This document shows positions 30,601 through 44,590 of a stretch of 64,000 nt of DNA, one piece after another; the first letter of the stretch is position 1, and the number at the start of each line of letters is the position of its first letter. Below the pieces are notes generated by a model, which saw only the letters and a list, made by a program, of their open reading frames with translations, was not told the origin of the DNA and did no database searches. The position numbers were made by a program, and so were the translations under genes. Source of the stretch: the human T2T-CHM13v2.0 reference genome, Homo sapiens. The DNA lies in assembly GCF_009914755.1 (NCBI RefSeq), contig NC_060929.1. One strand, written 5' to 3'.

Positions 30601-33239
30601 TGATCAAATAATTCTTAATGAATATCTATAATGGCCCAAACAGTATGCTAATCATAGAAGATCTAGTAATGAATCAGGCATTGTCTCTATCCTCTGGGAG
30701 CCTATTACCTAACAGAGCAAGGCAGACATTCAACTTGCAGGTGCCTAAGGGTTAGAGATGCTAAGATGGAAGCATGTATTGTATTTGATGAAATAAAAAA
30801 AGGGTGCAGTCCATTTCCCTGAGTAGTCAGAAAATATATCACAGTGAAGGCTCCATAGTGAACTAACAGGACTATGGGGAACACGGTCCATGTGATGTTG
30901 TTAAACATACCGTAAAAGTTTTCATCATTTTATGGAGTAATATGGCAATTTGAAAAATTAGCCCCATGAGCCCCTAATATTCTTGATGCATAGTTTCCCT
31001 TTAGAAAATTCCCAACTCTTCAAACTAAGTCATCTGCACAAATATGTTAATGAAGGAGATTGTCCCTTTTCCTTGTTCCCAGTGATTCCCAAGCATCTTT
31101 GTTAAAGCATTGAACATGTTGCATCATACTTCTTTGCATATTTCCCTCAACTCCTAGATTGTAAGAGCCTTAGGGCCAGAGAACAAGTCTTATTCATCTT
31201 TCTACCTCTTAAGATGCCAATTCTGTAATGGGTGCACCACATGTTTATTGGATGTACTGGGAAAAGCTGGACTCCACCTTAAAGGACGACGGCAATAAGG
31301 GAATAAATGACCCCGCACACTATGACATGACAGGATTCTGGAGATGACGAATGCTAGAAAAGTGTGGCTAAGTGGCAATATGGAAATATATAGGATGTCA
31401 TTTTATGTATAAAAAGCAAAAACTAAAGAACACATACATATTAATTATAACTATAAAATATAGTTTTATGTTTATGTATTAAATTATGAAATTTAATATT
31501 TTTCCTTGTAAAGATGCCTAAATTTATAATATTTTAATTGCCAGTGAAAAATAAAGTCACTTATTATATTATCTTCAATCCTTTTTCTTAGCCTTTGAAA
31601 TAATATTTTCTTAAATACTCCCTAAAAGTGGAGAGGAAATAGAAGTAACTCCTTGAGAGGCACTGTGCTCTGAGCTTTACATAGTCATGTCAACTTAATT
31701 ATCTCTCCAAATCTATTATTTAAAAAAATCTTACAGAGGTAAAGAAACTGAGGCATGGAAAGATTATACAATACACACAAGAAAAAGGAGTCTGTCTGAT
31801 TCTCAAGGCTATATTTTTTTCACCATGTTTATTTTTTAGCAGATGAGTAAATTAAGCAAAATAAAGGAATTCTATTTTAGCAAGATGATCATTCTGATTT
31901 TCAAAATGTTCGTTGCATGGCTAATAAGGTGCTGCATATCAGTTGTATAACTTTGAGAAACTGGCCTCAGTTTCCCTCTATGCTAATTGAGGAGGTTGTA
32001 CAGGGGCTAGCTACGTGGATGTTTTGCCTTTATGGTTTAAGATGGTGCATTATTCTAAACTGTTAAAAATTATCTATCTCAGAAGCAACTATCTTCATGT
32101 CAAATAATAGAAACTTAATAATCGACTGAGAAAATCTACTGCCCAAAATCTCTGAGAGGTGGCATTGTAGGAAATTAAGTGGATATAGACATTTATAATA
32201 TTTCAATTCCTGTTAATATCCAGGGCATACTTATTTGGCTTCTCTTAGCTTATGCTTATATAATATGCAAAAGCAAAATAATTATAAGGAAAAATACAGT
32301 CAATTGCTAATGTACTGGTGTATTTTTTTAATTTTAAGTTTGGTATTATATAACTGGGTCATTTAAAATAAAGATCAATTTTCCTTAGAAGAGAATTTAT
32401 TAATGATAATTTTTAAAGATTTAGAAAATAATTTTCTACCTAGGTCAGACTTAGTCACATTTAATTCAGCAGTATTTAGTGAACACTTTTTAAGTAACTG
32501 AGTACATATCACATTGCTTGACATAGTTGCAAAAGCCATAGTTACTGTTATTTATTTAATATTTTTAGTTACTGTTGACTTGGAGTTTTAACTGAAATAA
32601 ATTTATTTTTTAACTTGATAAATGTTAATTGCTTGTCATAGTTAAAAACTGAAGGTAGAAGTAAAATGCATCATAAATATTTGTGTAATGTTTGCTCTTT
32701 ACTATCTTTACTACCACATTTGCATTATAGAATCCTGAAAGCAAGTTACCCCCAACGTGGACTTTAAAAATTAGCACTCAATCAAATCACCACAATGCCT
32801 CTACAGTTTCTTATCTGCTATTTGCTCCACAAATAGGCATTTTTTAGACGCTAGAATACCTGATGATTACTAAGAACAAACAGATATAACTTAAACATGT
32901 AATAGTAACTTTATTTTATCTTATTTATTTAAGATTCTGGTGAACCACCAAATGAATTCAGAAAGGCATCCACTAAGAATTGGCCTTGAGAAAAATTACA
33001 AAGCTAGCAGTTTGCCTTTGAGAATCCCTACCCAGGACCAACCACATTCTGAACTTCCAGCCTTTTTTTTTCTTTTCTACATCATATATTCCTCACTTTA
33101 TTGATCTCTTAGTGATCGTTTTTGCTTTTTATAACCTTCAGAAAAGGATCTGCAAGTCATTCACATTAAGCTGATCACAGCTTAAAAGTGTACGTCTCCT
33201 CGGCCTTACTGTGTTCAAGAGGGATGAAAGCCAGGAGAA

Positions 33240-33510
33240 TCAAGTCTAGAGTAGTAGATTTGGGTTTAAACCCTACTGTGCCTCCCCACCAACCTGCCCT
33301 GACCACCACCATCCCAAGCCACTTAACAGCTATGTGATATTGAGCAAGTTATGTAACTTCTCTAAGCTTGTTTCCTCACTGGCAAAGTGAGAATAAGAAT
33401 ATTTCCTTCCTCATAGGTTTGTGATGAGACTTTAATGAGATAAGGTAACAGGCTTACATAGTGCCTGGTGCAAAGTGTGAACTTCATAAACAATAGTTGA
33501 TATTATTATT
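33240..33510 (+). mobile_element. MIR SINE
   Basis: CAGCTATGTGATATTGAGCAAGTTATGTAACTTCTCTAAGC...TAATGAGATAA...AGTGCCTGG. Confidence 0.8.
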
Positions 33511-35506
33511 ACATAAACAGTTTCCACCAAAGAAGAAGGCTGGCCCTACCCATAAGTAACATTCAAAACATTCTGTAAACTACAGGTGGAACCTGGTTAC
33601 GTTGTGCTGTTAAGCAAGTGTTTGTTTATAGTCAGGTTTGTTTTTGTCAAGATATGACTTTATTTCTTAAAAAAAGTGATATGATTAATAGAAATGACTC
33701 AAAAGGTTTGCAAGAGTACTAATCAGAAGGAAGACACTTTGAATCTATTTTACTCAAACAGCAAAGTATGAAAATGAGTTTTAGGAACAGAAAGTCTTTC
33801 TTCCCCCACCCACAACTGTCACAACTCCACCCAACAATGGTCTTAAGGTTTAAGTCCAAAACAATGCCTAGCTTTCTATTTTTCTCTCCTACAAGGGCTG
33901 AATAATTTACCTTCCCAATTATTTCTATAGGATGTATAATTATAAAGATTATTTTGACAGACATGTCTGACCTAAAGCTTTGTTTCTACTCTACTTGAGT
34001 TGCAGCAGGTGAACCATGAGAACCTACAAATCAGGCAAGACTTGAGTTTTACAAGTTCTTTGTACAGGGATGGAACAAAGGTTATGATCAGCAAGAAATG
34101 CATTGTTTCTTGAACGTGAAGGTGTTCTGAATCTTTCCATGGGGATGCGTTTCAGGATTATCAACAGAGAAAATAATCTCCAACTGTTGTTGTTTGGGGG
34201 ATTTTCTCTTCTGGGATAACTCTTCTGAAAGCACCTGCTGGGTGACTTGGTAGAAAAGGTCATGAGAAAGTAAACAATTTGACAGCCATTTCCTGAGCCA
34301 TCTGATCTTATCCTTGAAGATGGATCACATTCTCCAGCAGAACCTGTTATAAATAGCAGTCAGTAGTGGCTGGGTGCTACTAACAAGGCTTAGCACAGGA
34401 TTGACAGTTTTGATCCCCACTGTGGACTCTTCCCAGGAGCCAGTTCCTACCTTAGGCATTAATGGATCACATATTGTCGCACACGCTCCACCACCCCCAT
34501 CTCTAGCCGATCTTTTGCTTCTCTCAACCAGCAAAGATTCTCTTGAGCTTGTTTTTCTATTGATTGTATTGCAGAAAACAATAAATAGGCTTTCTATTGT
34601 ATTTACTATAATTTTTAAAAATTACATATTATCCCATTTGATAGTGTGCATTCTTCACTATTTGAGACTCACTGGCTCAGAGATTTTAGACTGACTTCAG
34701 AGATACGATTCTTTCATTCCATAGAAGACCCAAGGACCAAGTTTGTTTAAGAAGACTGTTTCCGTCTCAGGTTCAGCATCAAAGGATCTGAACCTTCAGG
34801 ATGGAAGGCAAACCCATATGCAGCTTTCTCTGATCAAAATAATGTTTCCTGCAATCACCAGCCATCACGAAGGCATGACAAAGCCTAAAAGAATCAACAT
34901 GAACCGGAAGTTTCTATCTGAATCATCCACTTGGCATTATGTTTCAGAAAATGCTAAAGGATTGTTTTTAAAGTGATATTTGATAGTGATATGATAGGCA
35001 TGATTTTGTTTCTTCCTTCAATAATATGCTCCAAGAAAATATCTAATGTTTATGTAATAGAAGTATTTAAATTTTGTATAAGCATGAGCAAGCATGGCTA
35101 AATATTACTCAACAAGAATTTTTAAACACATACCATGTGCCATGCACCATTCAGAAGGGTGGAAGGTCTTACCTTCATGTAGACACAGTCTTGTAGAAAA
35201 ACTTAACTGAGGAAAATTGTAATAAACCAAGAAGAATCCTTGTTGACAATATTTTAGATGCAAAATCAAAGCTGTGGGGTTATAAGAATCTGAGATTTTA
35301 TTGGAAATAGATAAAAGTTTTTCTGAATTAGCTTCCTTTGGATTAAAATCCTATTAGAGCTTTAGTGGCTGGCAAAGTATTTCTGGGCCTTAATTTCATC
35401 ATTGTTAAAATAAGAGGTTAGATGAAGTATCAGCTTCCTTCCAGTTCTACTATTCTAGGTCTATTATTATATATTTTCAAAATTTATAAAACAAAGTACA
35501 TTATTT

Positions 35507-35653
35507 GACAATAAATTTTGTTGTTTCTCTAAAAAGTGCACATATATATACATATATATGTGTATATATGTATATATATTGTATATGTGTGTATATATAT
35601 GTGTATATATATATATATGTGCACTTTTTAGAGAAATAACACAATTTATTGTC
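35507..35653. repeat. Inverted repeat, 44-bp arms with 2 mismatches, enclosing a (TA/TG) microsatellite
   Basis: 35507-35550 is the reverse complement of 35610-35653 except at 2 positions. Confidence 0.95.
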
Positions 35654-36730
35654 TCCATATACAATATAAGAAGCACCTTGTATACGATAGTATCTTTTAG
35701 TTGGTGGTATCCTAATTGTCGTGATGACATGTTGTCTTTATTCCTCTTATAAGGATGTTGAGGAAGGTCAGTACAGTTGTCAACAATAAACACATGTTGA
35801 ATATCCACCATGTATATAGCATTGAAATCAATACAGGTTTAGAAGATGGTATTAAGGAGAGCAAATGGTGTCCCTGTGTCTGAGACCCAGCAATTCTGTT
35901 GCTCTTGCATAGAAGAGCAAGGTTGGACCTGAGTTGGGCTCTGCCTGACCAGTGAAGGAAGACGAGGGAGACTCCACCCTCTGACCTTATCCGCTGCCTT
36001 CAACCTCTGAGAACGGTTATTCCCAGTCCTATTGTTTGGTACTTCCTGATCCTGCTTGCTCCCTCTGACTCACCAAACATGAAATCATAGCTAAGAAAGC
36101 TTCAAAGAGACCCTGGATAGCCCTAGACACACACTGTTTAAATGATAAAATGGTGTCAACCATTAACACTATAAACAAAATCATGTGTTTATCATGACAG
36201 CTGCACTGTGTAAAGACCTGCCCCTCAAATAAAGCCTGAGTCCTTTAAGCTGCTTCCCAAGGTCTTCTCAATCTAGACCCACACATTTCTTCAATGTGTA
36301 CAAACTTAATGCTCTAATAATTAATTCCTCATAGTTATCATTCTGTGGCATGCTTATTCTTAACTGTTTTCTTTACACCTACAGTTGCATATGCCCATAT
36401 GCCTTTATTTTTCTACTCCACCTGACAAAGCCTTCTTCTGTGAAGCCTAGCTAAAGTGTCAACTTATCTGTAAAGCCTCTCCCGATAACTTTGGATAAGT
36501 TAGTCATGTCCTCTCTCTTACTAGGTGTTCGTATTTCCACCATAGTTATTGTGATTCTCTGCTGACATGTTTCTCTTTATCACCAGATTTCAAGCTCTTT
36601 AAGGGAAAAGGCTGTGTTTTATTTATCTCTGGATCCCTAGAATTTTATGGTTCCTGAGGGTCAAAGTTTGTTTAATAAATGAATGTATTCTGACTTCTTC
36701 CTCAAAGCAGAGAAGCCTTTAGTATGGGCA

Positions 36731-37115
36731 TGTATTAGTCTGTTCTCATGCTGCTAATAAAGACATACCCGAGACTCAGTAATTTATAAAAGAAAGAGGT
36801 TTAATTGACTCACAGTTTAGCATGGGGAGGCCTCAAGAAACTTACAATCATGGCAGAAGAGGAAGCAAACATGTCCTTCTTAACATGGTGGCAGCAAGGA
36901 GAAGTGCAGAGCAAAAGTAGGGGGGTTGAGGGGGTGGGGGAGTGGGGAAGCCCCTTATAAAACCTGCAGATCCTGTAAGAACTCACTCACTATCACAAGA
37001 ACAGCATGGAGGTAACCAACCCCATGATTCAGTTATCTCCCACCAGGTCCCTCCACAATTATGGGGACTACAGTTCAAGAGAGATTTGGGGTGAGGACAT
37101 AGCCAAATCGTATCA
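36731..37115 (-). mobile_element. THE1 (C/D-like) MaLR solo LTR
   Basis: TGTATTAGTCTGTTCTCATGCTGCTAATAAAGACATACCCGAGACT...AGCCAAATCGTATCA; flanks GGGCA and AGGCA. Confidence 0.92.
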
Positions 37116-38135
37116 AGGCACATGTAATTGAGTGGAAGGTGAAGAAAATAACAGGGGTTAGGGAGGGCAGTGAGCCTGAGCAGTCACCTTGAGCCAAACT
37201 GGAGTGGTGTAGAGGGCCCCTAAAACTGCAGCCAGACAGAGAGAGAGGCCAGGAAGCAAATCCCAACTCACTGTTCTTTCCATTTGTTCATAAAAATTGA
37301 ATAATATGGAAGGAGTCCAAGTTGATATCTTTACATAATGTGTTTTGTTTCTCCAGTAAACATTGGAGGAAGATTGGGCATGATAGAATAATCAAATAAG
37401 CTGAGGAGTTGCCCAGGCCCACTTCTGAGGAGATAAGTTTTTAATCCTTTAATAGACCACAAATGAAATTAAAAATTAAAAAATAAATCCAAACAAAAAT
37501 TGAAGTCTTCTTCATCTACCTAGCTGGTTCCAAAGTTAGAAAAGATGTACAGGAGAACAGCTAGAATAATTCATTCATCTTTTCAGGCTTTTACTGAACT
37601 TCATAGGAAAAAGTGAGGAGGAAGAGAAAGTGTATTATTTAAAATGATTAACATTAGTTGCTGTAACAAACATCCCTTACATTTCAATGGCTTGACACAG
37701 TAAGTCTGATTTCTCCCTTCATACCAAGAACTACAAGTCAATATCCAACCAGCAGCACATGACTGATGATAGGGAAAGGTTTAGTGTACAAGCCTGGAAA
37801 TGGTGCACATCAATTCCTTCACATCCCACTGTCCAGAAAGCAACAAAAAGCCTCCCTCTTTCATCGAGGGGCTGCTTACTGTGGTTTAGCTATTTCTAAG
37901 AAGAGAAGAAACCAGCATTCTATCACAGAATGGAAGTAAAAAGAAAGATAAAAGGCAAAGGAAAAATAAAATAAAGGGAGAAATTTTGAAAAACATTTAG
38001 GAAAAAATTGTACTCTCTGGCTTCTCTTATATAGAACACCCCTTACCATAGATTATCATACAGCTGAAGAATAGAAGACATATATGAGACATCTATACAT
38101 ATACACATGTACATATATGCCCCATTCAGCTGTGT

Positions 38136-38138
<3 letters not shown>

Positions 38139-38166
<28 letters not shown>
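38139..38166. repeat. (TG)14 microsatellite
   Basis: Read directly from the sequence. Confidence 0.95.
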
Positions 38167-38169
<3 letters not shown>

Positions 38170-38643
38170 GTGTGGGAGAGATGAGGTCCAGGGTGTAAAA
38201 TAATGAAAAAAGATATTTAAAAGTATATATTAAAATCTATTTCTACTAACTATGTACTTTCCTTCTAGCAAACTTGGTTTCTTGTAATACTCAAGTCTTT
38301 GAGACTTGCACTGTGTACACCACCTCACAGAGATCATTTTCTTTCATGGTTCTTTAGTTTGGGCATGTGTTGTTTCTTTTGCCTACTCCAGTTAGAAACA
38401 ATATAGTGATTAATTGTGATCTGTTTTCACCCCACAACTTTCTTCTCTTTAACCTTCAGCCAACTGCTACTATTTGTTCAAGATCTAAGCAAGTTTTCTC
38501 AGGAATATGTATTATTTCTTAGCTTTTCTTGATGGTGTTCATTTAGTTCCTAGGCTTGTTTTGCTTTCAGAACTGTGAGTCGCCTGAAGACCAGCTCTTC
38601 TTGTAGGCCCAGTGCCTCACAGAACTCCAGGCATATAAGAGTT

Positions 38644-38773
38644 AGGATGACCATATGAATTCTTGACAAAACCAAGATGTTTTTGAGTGAAAGGGTGAAG
38701 TTGTAATTATATTATGCAAGATAGCAGGAGTAAACCAGGGCTATCCCTGAAAAACATGGACATATGGGCTCTA
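38644..38773. mobile_element. MER94/MER81-like hAT-Blackjack relic
   Basis: AGGATGACCATATG...TTTTGAGTGAAAGGG...GTAAACCAGGGCTATCCC...GACATATGG with degenerate terminal inverted repeats. Confidence 0.55.
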
Positions 38774-41739
38774 TAAATATGTGTTGATGAGAATACAAGC
38801 TCTGTTCTGGAATCCAAACTCTATTCATCTCACATCACTTTATCCTATATCCTCATCACTTAAAACTGTGCATGGCACATAGTGAGTGTGCGTTAGAAAG
38901 GTGCTGAGTAGATGAAGAACTGGGAGAACACAAAATATGTAGCAGTTCTACAAGGTTCTAGTCTCCCTCAAGGAGAAAGCCTTGAACAGAACAATTTCCT
39001 CAGCTCTCTTCTCACTTTTCTACTTGATATGTTCCTTCAGCAGCTTTGCCTAGCACAGTGGACTGCCCTCTGTCCCCCATCCAGCTGCCTTCCCATAACC
39101 ATGCTAGGACACAAAGCTTCCCCTCCGAAGCAATGAGATGCATAAATTCATGATCCTTAAAATACAATCTGCTACAGATACCAGCTACATTGGTTAAGGG
39201 TTTTTTTTAAAAGTGATTCAGGTATTGTCATTACAGGTTCAAGACCCATACCAGAGAGCAGTTTTTAAAACCTGATTTATCTCCTTTTGTAGGCTCGGTC
39301 ACAGAGTTAAGTAGCAGCAACAGTGGGAGGCAGGACACTTCTCTTTGCTCCGTTTTGACTGCTGTCACCCAGAAGCTGATGCTGCTAGAGGGGATTGAGG
39401 AGGTGGGGGAGGTTTGGGGCCATTACAATCAGAGGAAGAAGGGGAGGAGCTGACTGAGTAGGGAAGGACTGTGTTTAATGTGATTGAGTAATCATCACCC
39501 AAAATAGCTGACTGTCAGAAAGGAGAGTGTGTGTTTGAGGGAGCAGGTGAAGGTGAAGGTGAGCTATCTTAGAGTCTGCTGGAAGTATTGCGGAGGAATT
39601 TGGGGAATTAACTCTAAAATCATGAAATGGATTATTTCTGAAGTCAAGGTCAGTAGTATCCCAGAAACCGAGGCTTCTGGCCCAAGCAGGAAACCCCTCC
39701 TGAGAAGTGCACATCCTCCTCTTTCTGGGCAGGCCATGATGCGGAAGTACAGTCTTCCATATCCTAATTAGCGCTCCTGGTTTGACAAGGGTGGCTCCCT
39801 CCCTAAAGTTTCCTTTCTCTGCTGTTTTACAGAGGATTTCACGGGAAAGGACCACAAACTCTGCTCCTTTTAAATTTCGTTGAAGAATGTCAGCAAATTA
39901 CAATTGTTCAAAATCAAAATTTCATAAACTTGGCTGCAGAATATTTATGATGCAAAAACAATCGCAAAAGGCTTTGCTGCAAAGCTTTATTGACACAGCC
40001 TTCCTGTCCCCACATCTTGCTTCCTCTCAGGAAAGTGGGACGTGTTGGATGATTTCCCAGCTTCTATTTGGAGAGGAAGTCTACAGGTTTTTCACCATCA
40101 AGCCAATCTGCACTCACTGAAGAACACCTGCAACCAAAGGCTGTGCCTATTCTCTTTTGTGCGTTTGCAGCTATCAAAATAAATGAGTTATGAGGATGGG
40201 AAAATTACATTTCTTTTCAGAGTAACTTTGCTCTCCACATATGCACAAGGAGGTTTACACCCTGATGCCCCGATGTTGTGAACGGTGCTTATGATTAGAA
40301 TTACAATTTAGGCATTTTGCACTCAAAACCAATGTCAATAATTGTTCCAAGAGAAGGAGCTTCTAAAAGGCCTCATGCACAGGCAGATTTTCCCTGGTAC
40401 TGCCCCTTTATTTTGTACACAGTAAATTATTAAACCCACATAATAATGGAAAACAAGGAAACTGCCTGTCTCCTCTACCCAGATGTATCACCAATACAAT
40501 ACTAATCATTCTTCCTGCATGCAAGTCCTTTCTCCTACCTACTCATTCACTTCCTTCAACAATATCTGTCTCAGCAGACATAACAGTTGTCGCACTCCTC
40601 ACCCATCTGCACATCTCCCCAGGTCTTAAAATGTGGCTCAGACAACCCTGAGAGCTTATAACGCTTTATGCTTAGCCTAAGGCTTGACACAGGGAGAGAG
40701 TGTGTTGTTTGCTCAGATGTGTCCTCATCTATTGTTTATTATTTACAACCCTGACTTTGAAAGTGGAAATAGTCATAAAAAATTCCTTCAACAGAAAAAG
40801 AGCAAAAAACAACCAATTCATAGACAAATAACCTGATCATTACATTCAAGGAGCCTTGGCTCCTCAGTAGCATTCTAATGTGTCTGCTATTATGTCCTGT
40901 CCTATCATATCCCCTTGCATCTGTAGCTATGTTGGTGATGATGGCATGACAGCAGGATGTGTAAGTGTACAAGGTCTGTTTGCATGAAGATAGATTGCTC
41001 AGTCGTACAAAATCCAGCTCCACTTTGGAATTTCCTCAGTCAGGATGGCTGCGTTTGATGAGAACCAAGAATGTAGTACATGATCATCCTTTTCCAGACT
41101 TCCTGACACGGTGAAAGACACCCCAAACCAAAAGTGACCATATCCTGTGTTGTCAATCACTCTCCAGAGACTGGCCACTTCCTTTGAAGTGACTCAGTGT
41201 CAGGGGATCAAAAAAATCTAAATAATGACATTTCTAAGTGTCCTTTTCTGCTCAGATTGATTTCATAGCACTCTCCACCCTGATGTACATCTCTTCCAAA
41301 TACCTCTAAAGCTTTTAGTCATCTTAGAATATTCTAGTCTCATGTTTCACTATTGTTTTCAGATTATTCTGAGAGCATTTTAGCTAGAAAGTGCCACCTC
41401 TCCTTACATTGACTTTTGTTGTCTGTCCCAAGCTCATCTTCCTTTCTGCTTATCTGAAGCCTACCAGTTTTTCAAAGCCCCAATCTTCCTCTCCATCAAA
41501 TTCCAGTAGTATTTACTGCCTGCTGGACTTACTTGGCAATGGTCATGTTCTGCCTTCTATTTTTGGCCGCTTTTTATGTGTAGGTACCTTGGCACCCCAC
41601 TAGACTGGAAAAGTCTCCAAGGGTCAACAGTTTACTTTGCAACAATCAGTGTAACTCATGAGAAATTCTCAGCGTATCTTGAATGAATACAGTAATAGAA
41701 GTATAAATGGCTGGCTGGTAAGCTTATCTTCTACAGAAA

Positions 41740-43450
41740 ATTGTGGCCATTAGGTGTGACCTCCTTCAACTTTGTCTCCCTCCTCTTACACACCTGCAAA
41801 CATCAGCACTACTCCTTTATTTTTTTCCTTATTATAAGAAGATGAAGCATATTTTGCAAAATGCAGATGCCTCTGCATATTTCATTAATTCTTTTCCTCC
41901 CACCCCTCCTGTCACTGATCATTCACTGTCTCTCCCATGATTCTTTATTTAGTCTATAAACCAGCCCTCCTCTCTTGACCTCAAATCCTGCTCATTCAAT
42001 ACTTTCCTTTCTACCCCCTTCAGCTTCTTAAAAAGCGAGTCTGTGTTTGCTATTTCCATTTTTTTTCTTTTAATTCCTGACTCTCAGTCACCTGGTTTCA
42101 GCCCTGCCACTCCACTCAAATTGCTTTAAGTTCATCAGTAAGCAAACTTCCTACTTCTACAGTACAATAGACATTTTTATTGTGTTATCTTATTGGCCTT
42201 TATTTTATATTGGACATTGTTGATCACTTTGTTCTTAGAGCTTTCTCCCTGCTTGGCTACTTCACATAAACTGAACCTCTTTAGTTTTTCTACTATTCCT
42301 CTCTCTTTATTTTTTGTTTTTAAATCTTGCCTGAGCTCTTTCTTAAAACCTCTGCTAATGTTGATCCTTTCCATTCACAACTTCTCTTCTTATTCGGCAT
42401 GTATTCTTGGATAGTGAACTCACTCTGGATACATGAGATTGTTACTGAAGTAATAATAATTACGAATAGTTATAGAGTACTTTGCATCAGCCACTGTTCT
42501 AAGTACTTTCACATGCATTTAACTCAATCATCATACACAGTGTATATTGCAACAAACATTTTATAAATGAAAAAACTAAACATCAGAGTGGTTAAACACC
42601 TTGCCCATAGTGAAAAGGAGTAGACTTGGGATTTTAACCCAGGAAGTTTAACTACAGAGCCTGTACTCCAGTGCAAGTTCTGGGTTGCGTAAAGAGACTT
42701 GGGGATTCCAATCTCTATCCATAATTCAACCCAGGAATCATGGAATTATTTTTAGCTCTTTCTGTTCATCACTCTCACAGCCCATAAACTGTGGACTCTT
42801 GATGATTTCCTTGGCTTTGTGTCTTCAGTCTGTGTTCCCTATTTCCACAGCCCTGTCACCACTGCCTGGATCCAGGCCATCACTGCAGACTACTGAAGTC
42901 ATCTCTTAAGCTGGTCTCCTTGCTTCCAGGTCCTCCTCCAACCCATAGTCACTAGGCTGCAACAGAGTATTTCAAATAAAACACAAGTCTGACCACATCA
43001 CTTTCTTGCTTTAAAAACTTTCAATGGCTCCTAATCCCCCATGATTTGAAGTCCATTTTCTGTAGAGTGACATAGAAAGCACTTAGCCTTGCCAACCCCT
43101 TCAGCTTTATCTATCACATAAAATTACTTGAGTTCCCTGCACATAGGCCTTATGTCCTGTATTGATACTGTTCCCTCTGCCTATCCTGTCTGCCTGGCTA
43201 TTTCCTATGTGCCCTTTAAGTCTTATCTAAGGCTAAATATCCTGTCCTTGCATTTAGTGCCATTGCATTTTTTGCAAAGTACTAACAATACATTTATGTA
43301 TCTGGCTTCTCCATTGTGTTATTAGCTCCTAAAGATAAGGATGTTGTCAAAATTTCTTCAAATTTGCAATATTTTGTGTAGTGCCTGATACAAAATAGGT
43401 ACTTATAAATGTTTGTTTTAATGTATACATTAATGAACAAATAATTTAAT
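41740..43450 (+). mobile_element. Long L2 remnant with a nested antisense MIR (about 42450-42670)
   Basis: CCACTCCACTCAAATTGCT...CACAAGTCTGACCACATCACTTTCTTGCTTTAAAAACTTTCAATGGCTCC...GTGCCTGATACAAAATAGGTAC...AAATGTTTG. Confidence 0.65.
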
Positions 43451-43489
43451 GACTGAATATAAATCTCTGTTTCCTTTTACTGTGAGTTA

Positions 43490-43862
<373 letters not shown>

Positions 43863-44084
43863 TTATACTGTTGGACATTCTATAGCAATAAGTATTAACT
43901 ACCATATGTTTGTTTTTCTTAAAGCAAGACAAACTTTATGGAAAAACAGCACTAAATCCCATAGCACTGCTCCCTACTTGTGTTTTAAATCTTCCCTTAC
44001 CAAAATTTCCATCTATATTTTCCTAATGCAAAAAGTAAAATGTTTATTTAGTCATTGTATGTGCTCAACAGTAGTATGATTTTT

Positions 44085-44590
44085 GTTAGGATAAGTGGCA
44101 CATTGTAGAAAAACACCAAGATAATAGTGGTTTAGGAGCAATAGAAGGTTCTTTTCACCTCACGAAAGAATTCCTGAGGAGCCCTTGTAGGACTGATCTG
44201 GCAGCTCCAAGGTCATAAGAAATTCAAGCCCCTCCTGTTTTGCTGTTTCTGGATGCATTGCTTCAGTGTCCAGGATGGCTGCTGGAAATGTAGCTATTAT
44301 AGCTGCATTCCACATAGCAGGAAGAAGGAAGAGGAGAAGGGTGTGCCCCTTCTTTTAAGAATGCTTCCTGGAAATCACATACAACACTTCCATTTACACT
44401 CACACTAACAGCCAGGAACATTACAAAATATAGTTTGTTTGTGGGTTTTTTGTTGTTGCTGTTGTTGAGGTTTGTTTTGTTGTTGTTTGTTCATTTGTTT
44501 TTTGCTGGTGGTAATGTGAGCAGCCACGAAAAATCTGGATTTTCTTCGTAAGGATAAGGGTGGCTCCATGTTGATATAGGCAATCTAGAA
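44085..44590 (-). mobile_element. Old MLT1 (J/K/L-like) LTR
   Basis: CAGGATGGCTGCTGG...GCATTCCACATAGCAGGAAGAAGGAAG...CTTTTAAG...ACAACACTTCCATTTACA. Confidence 0.6.
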
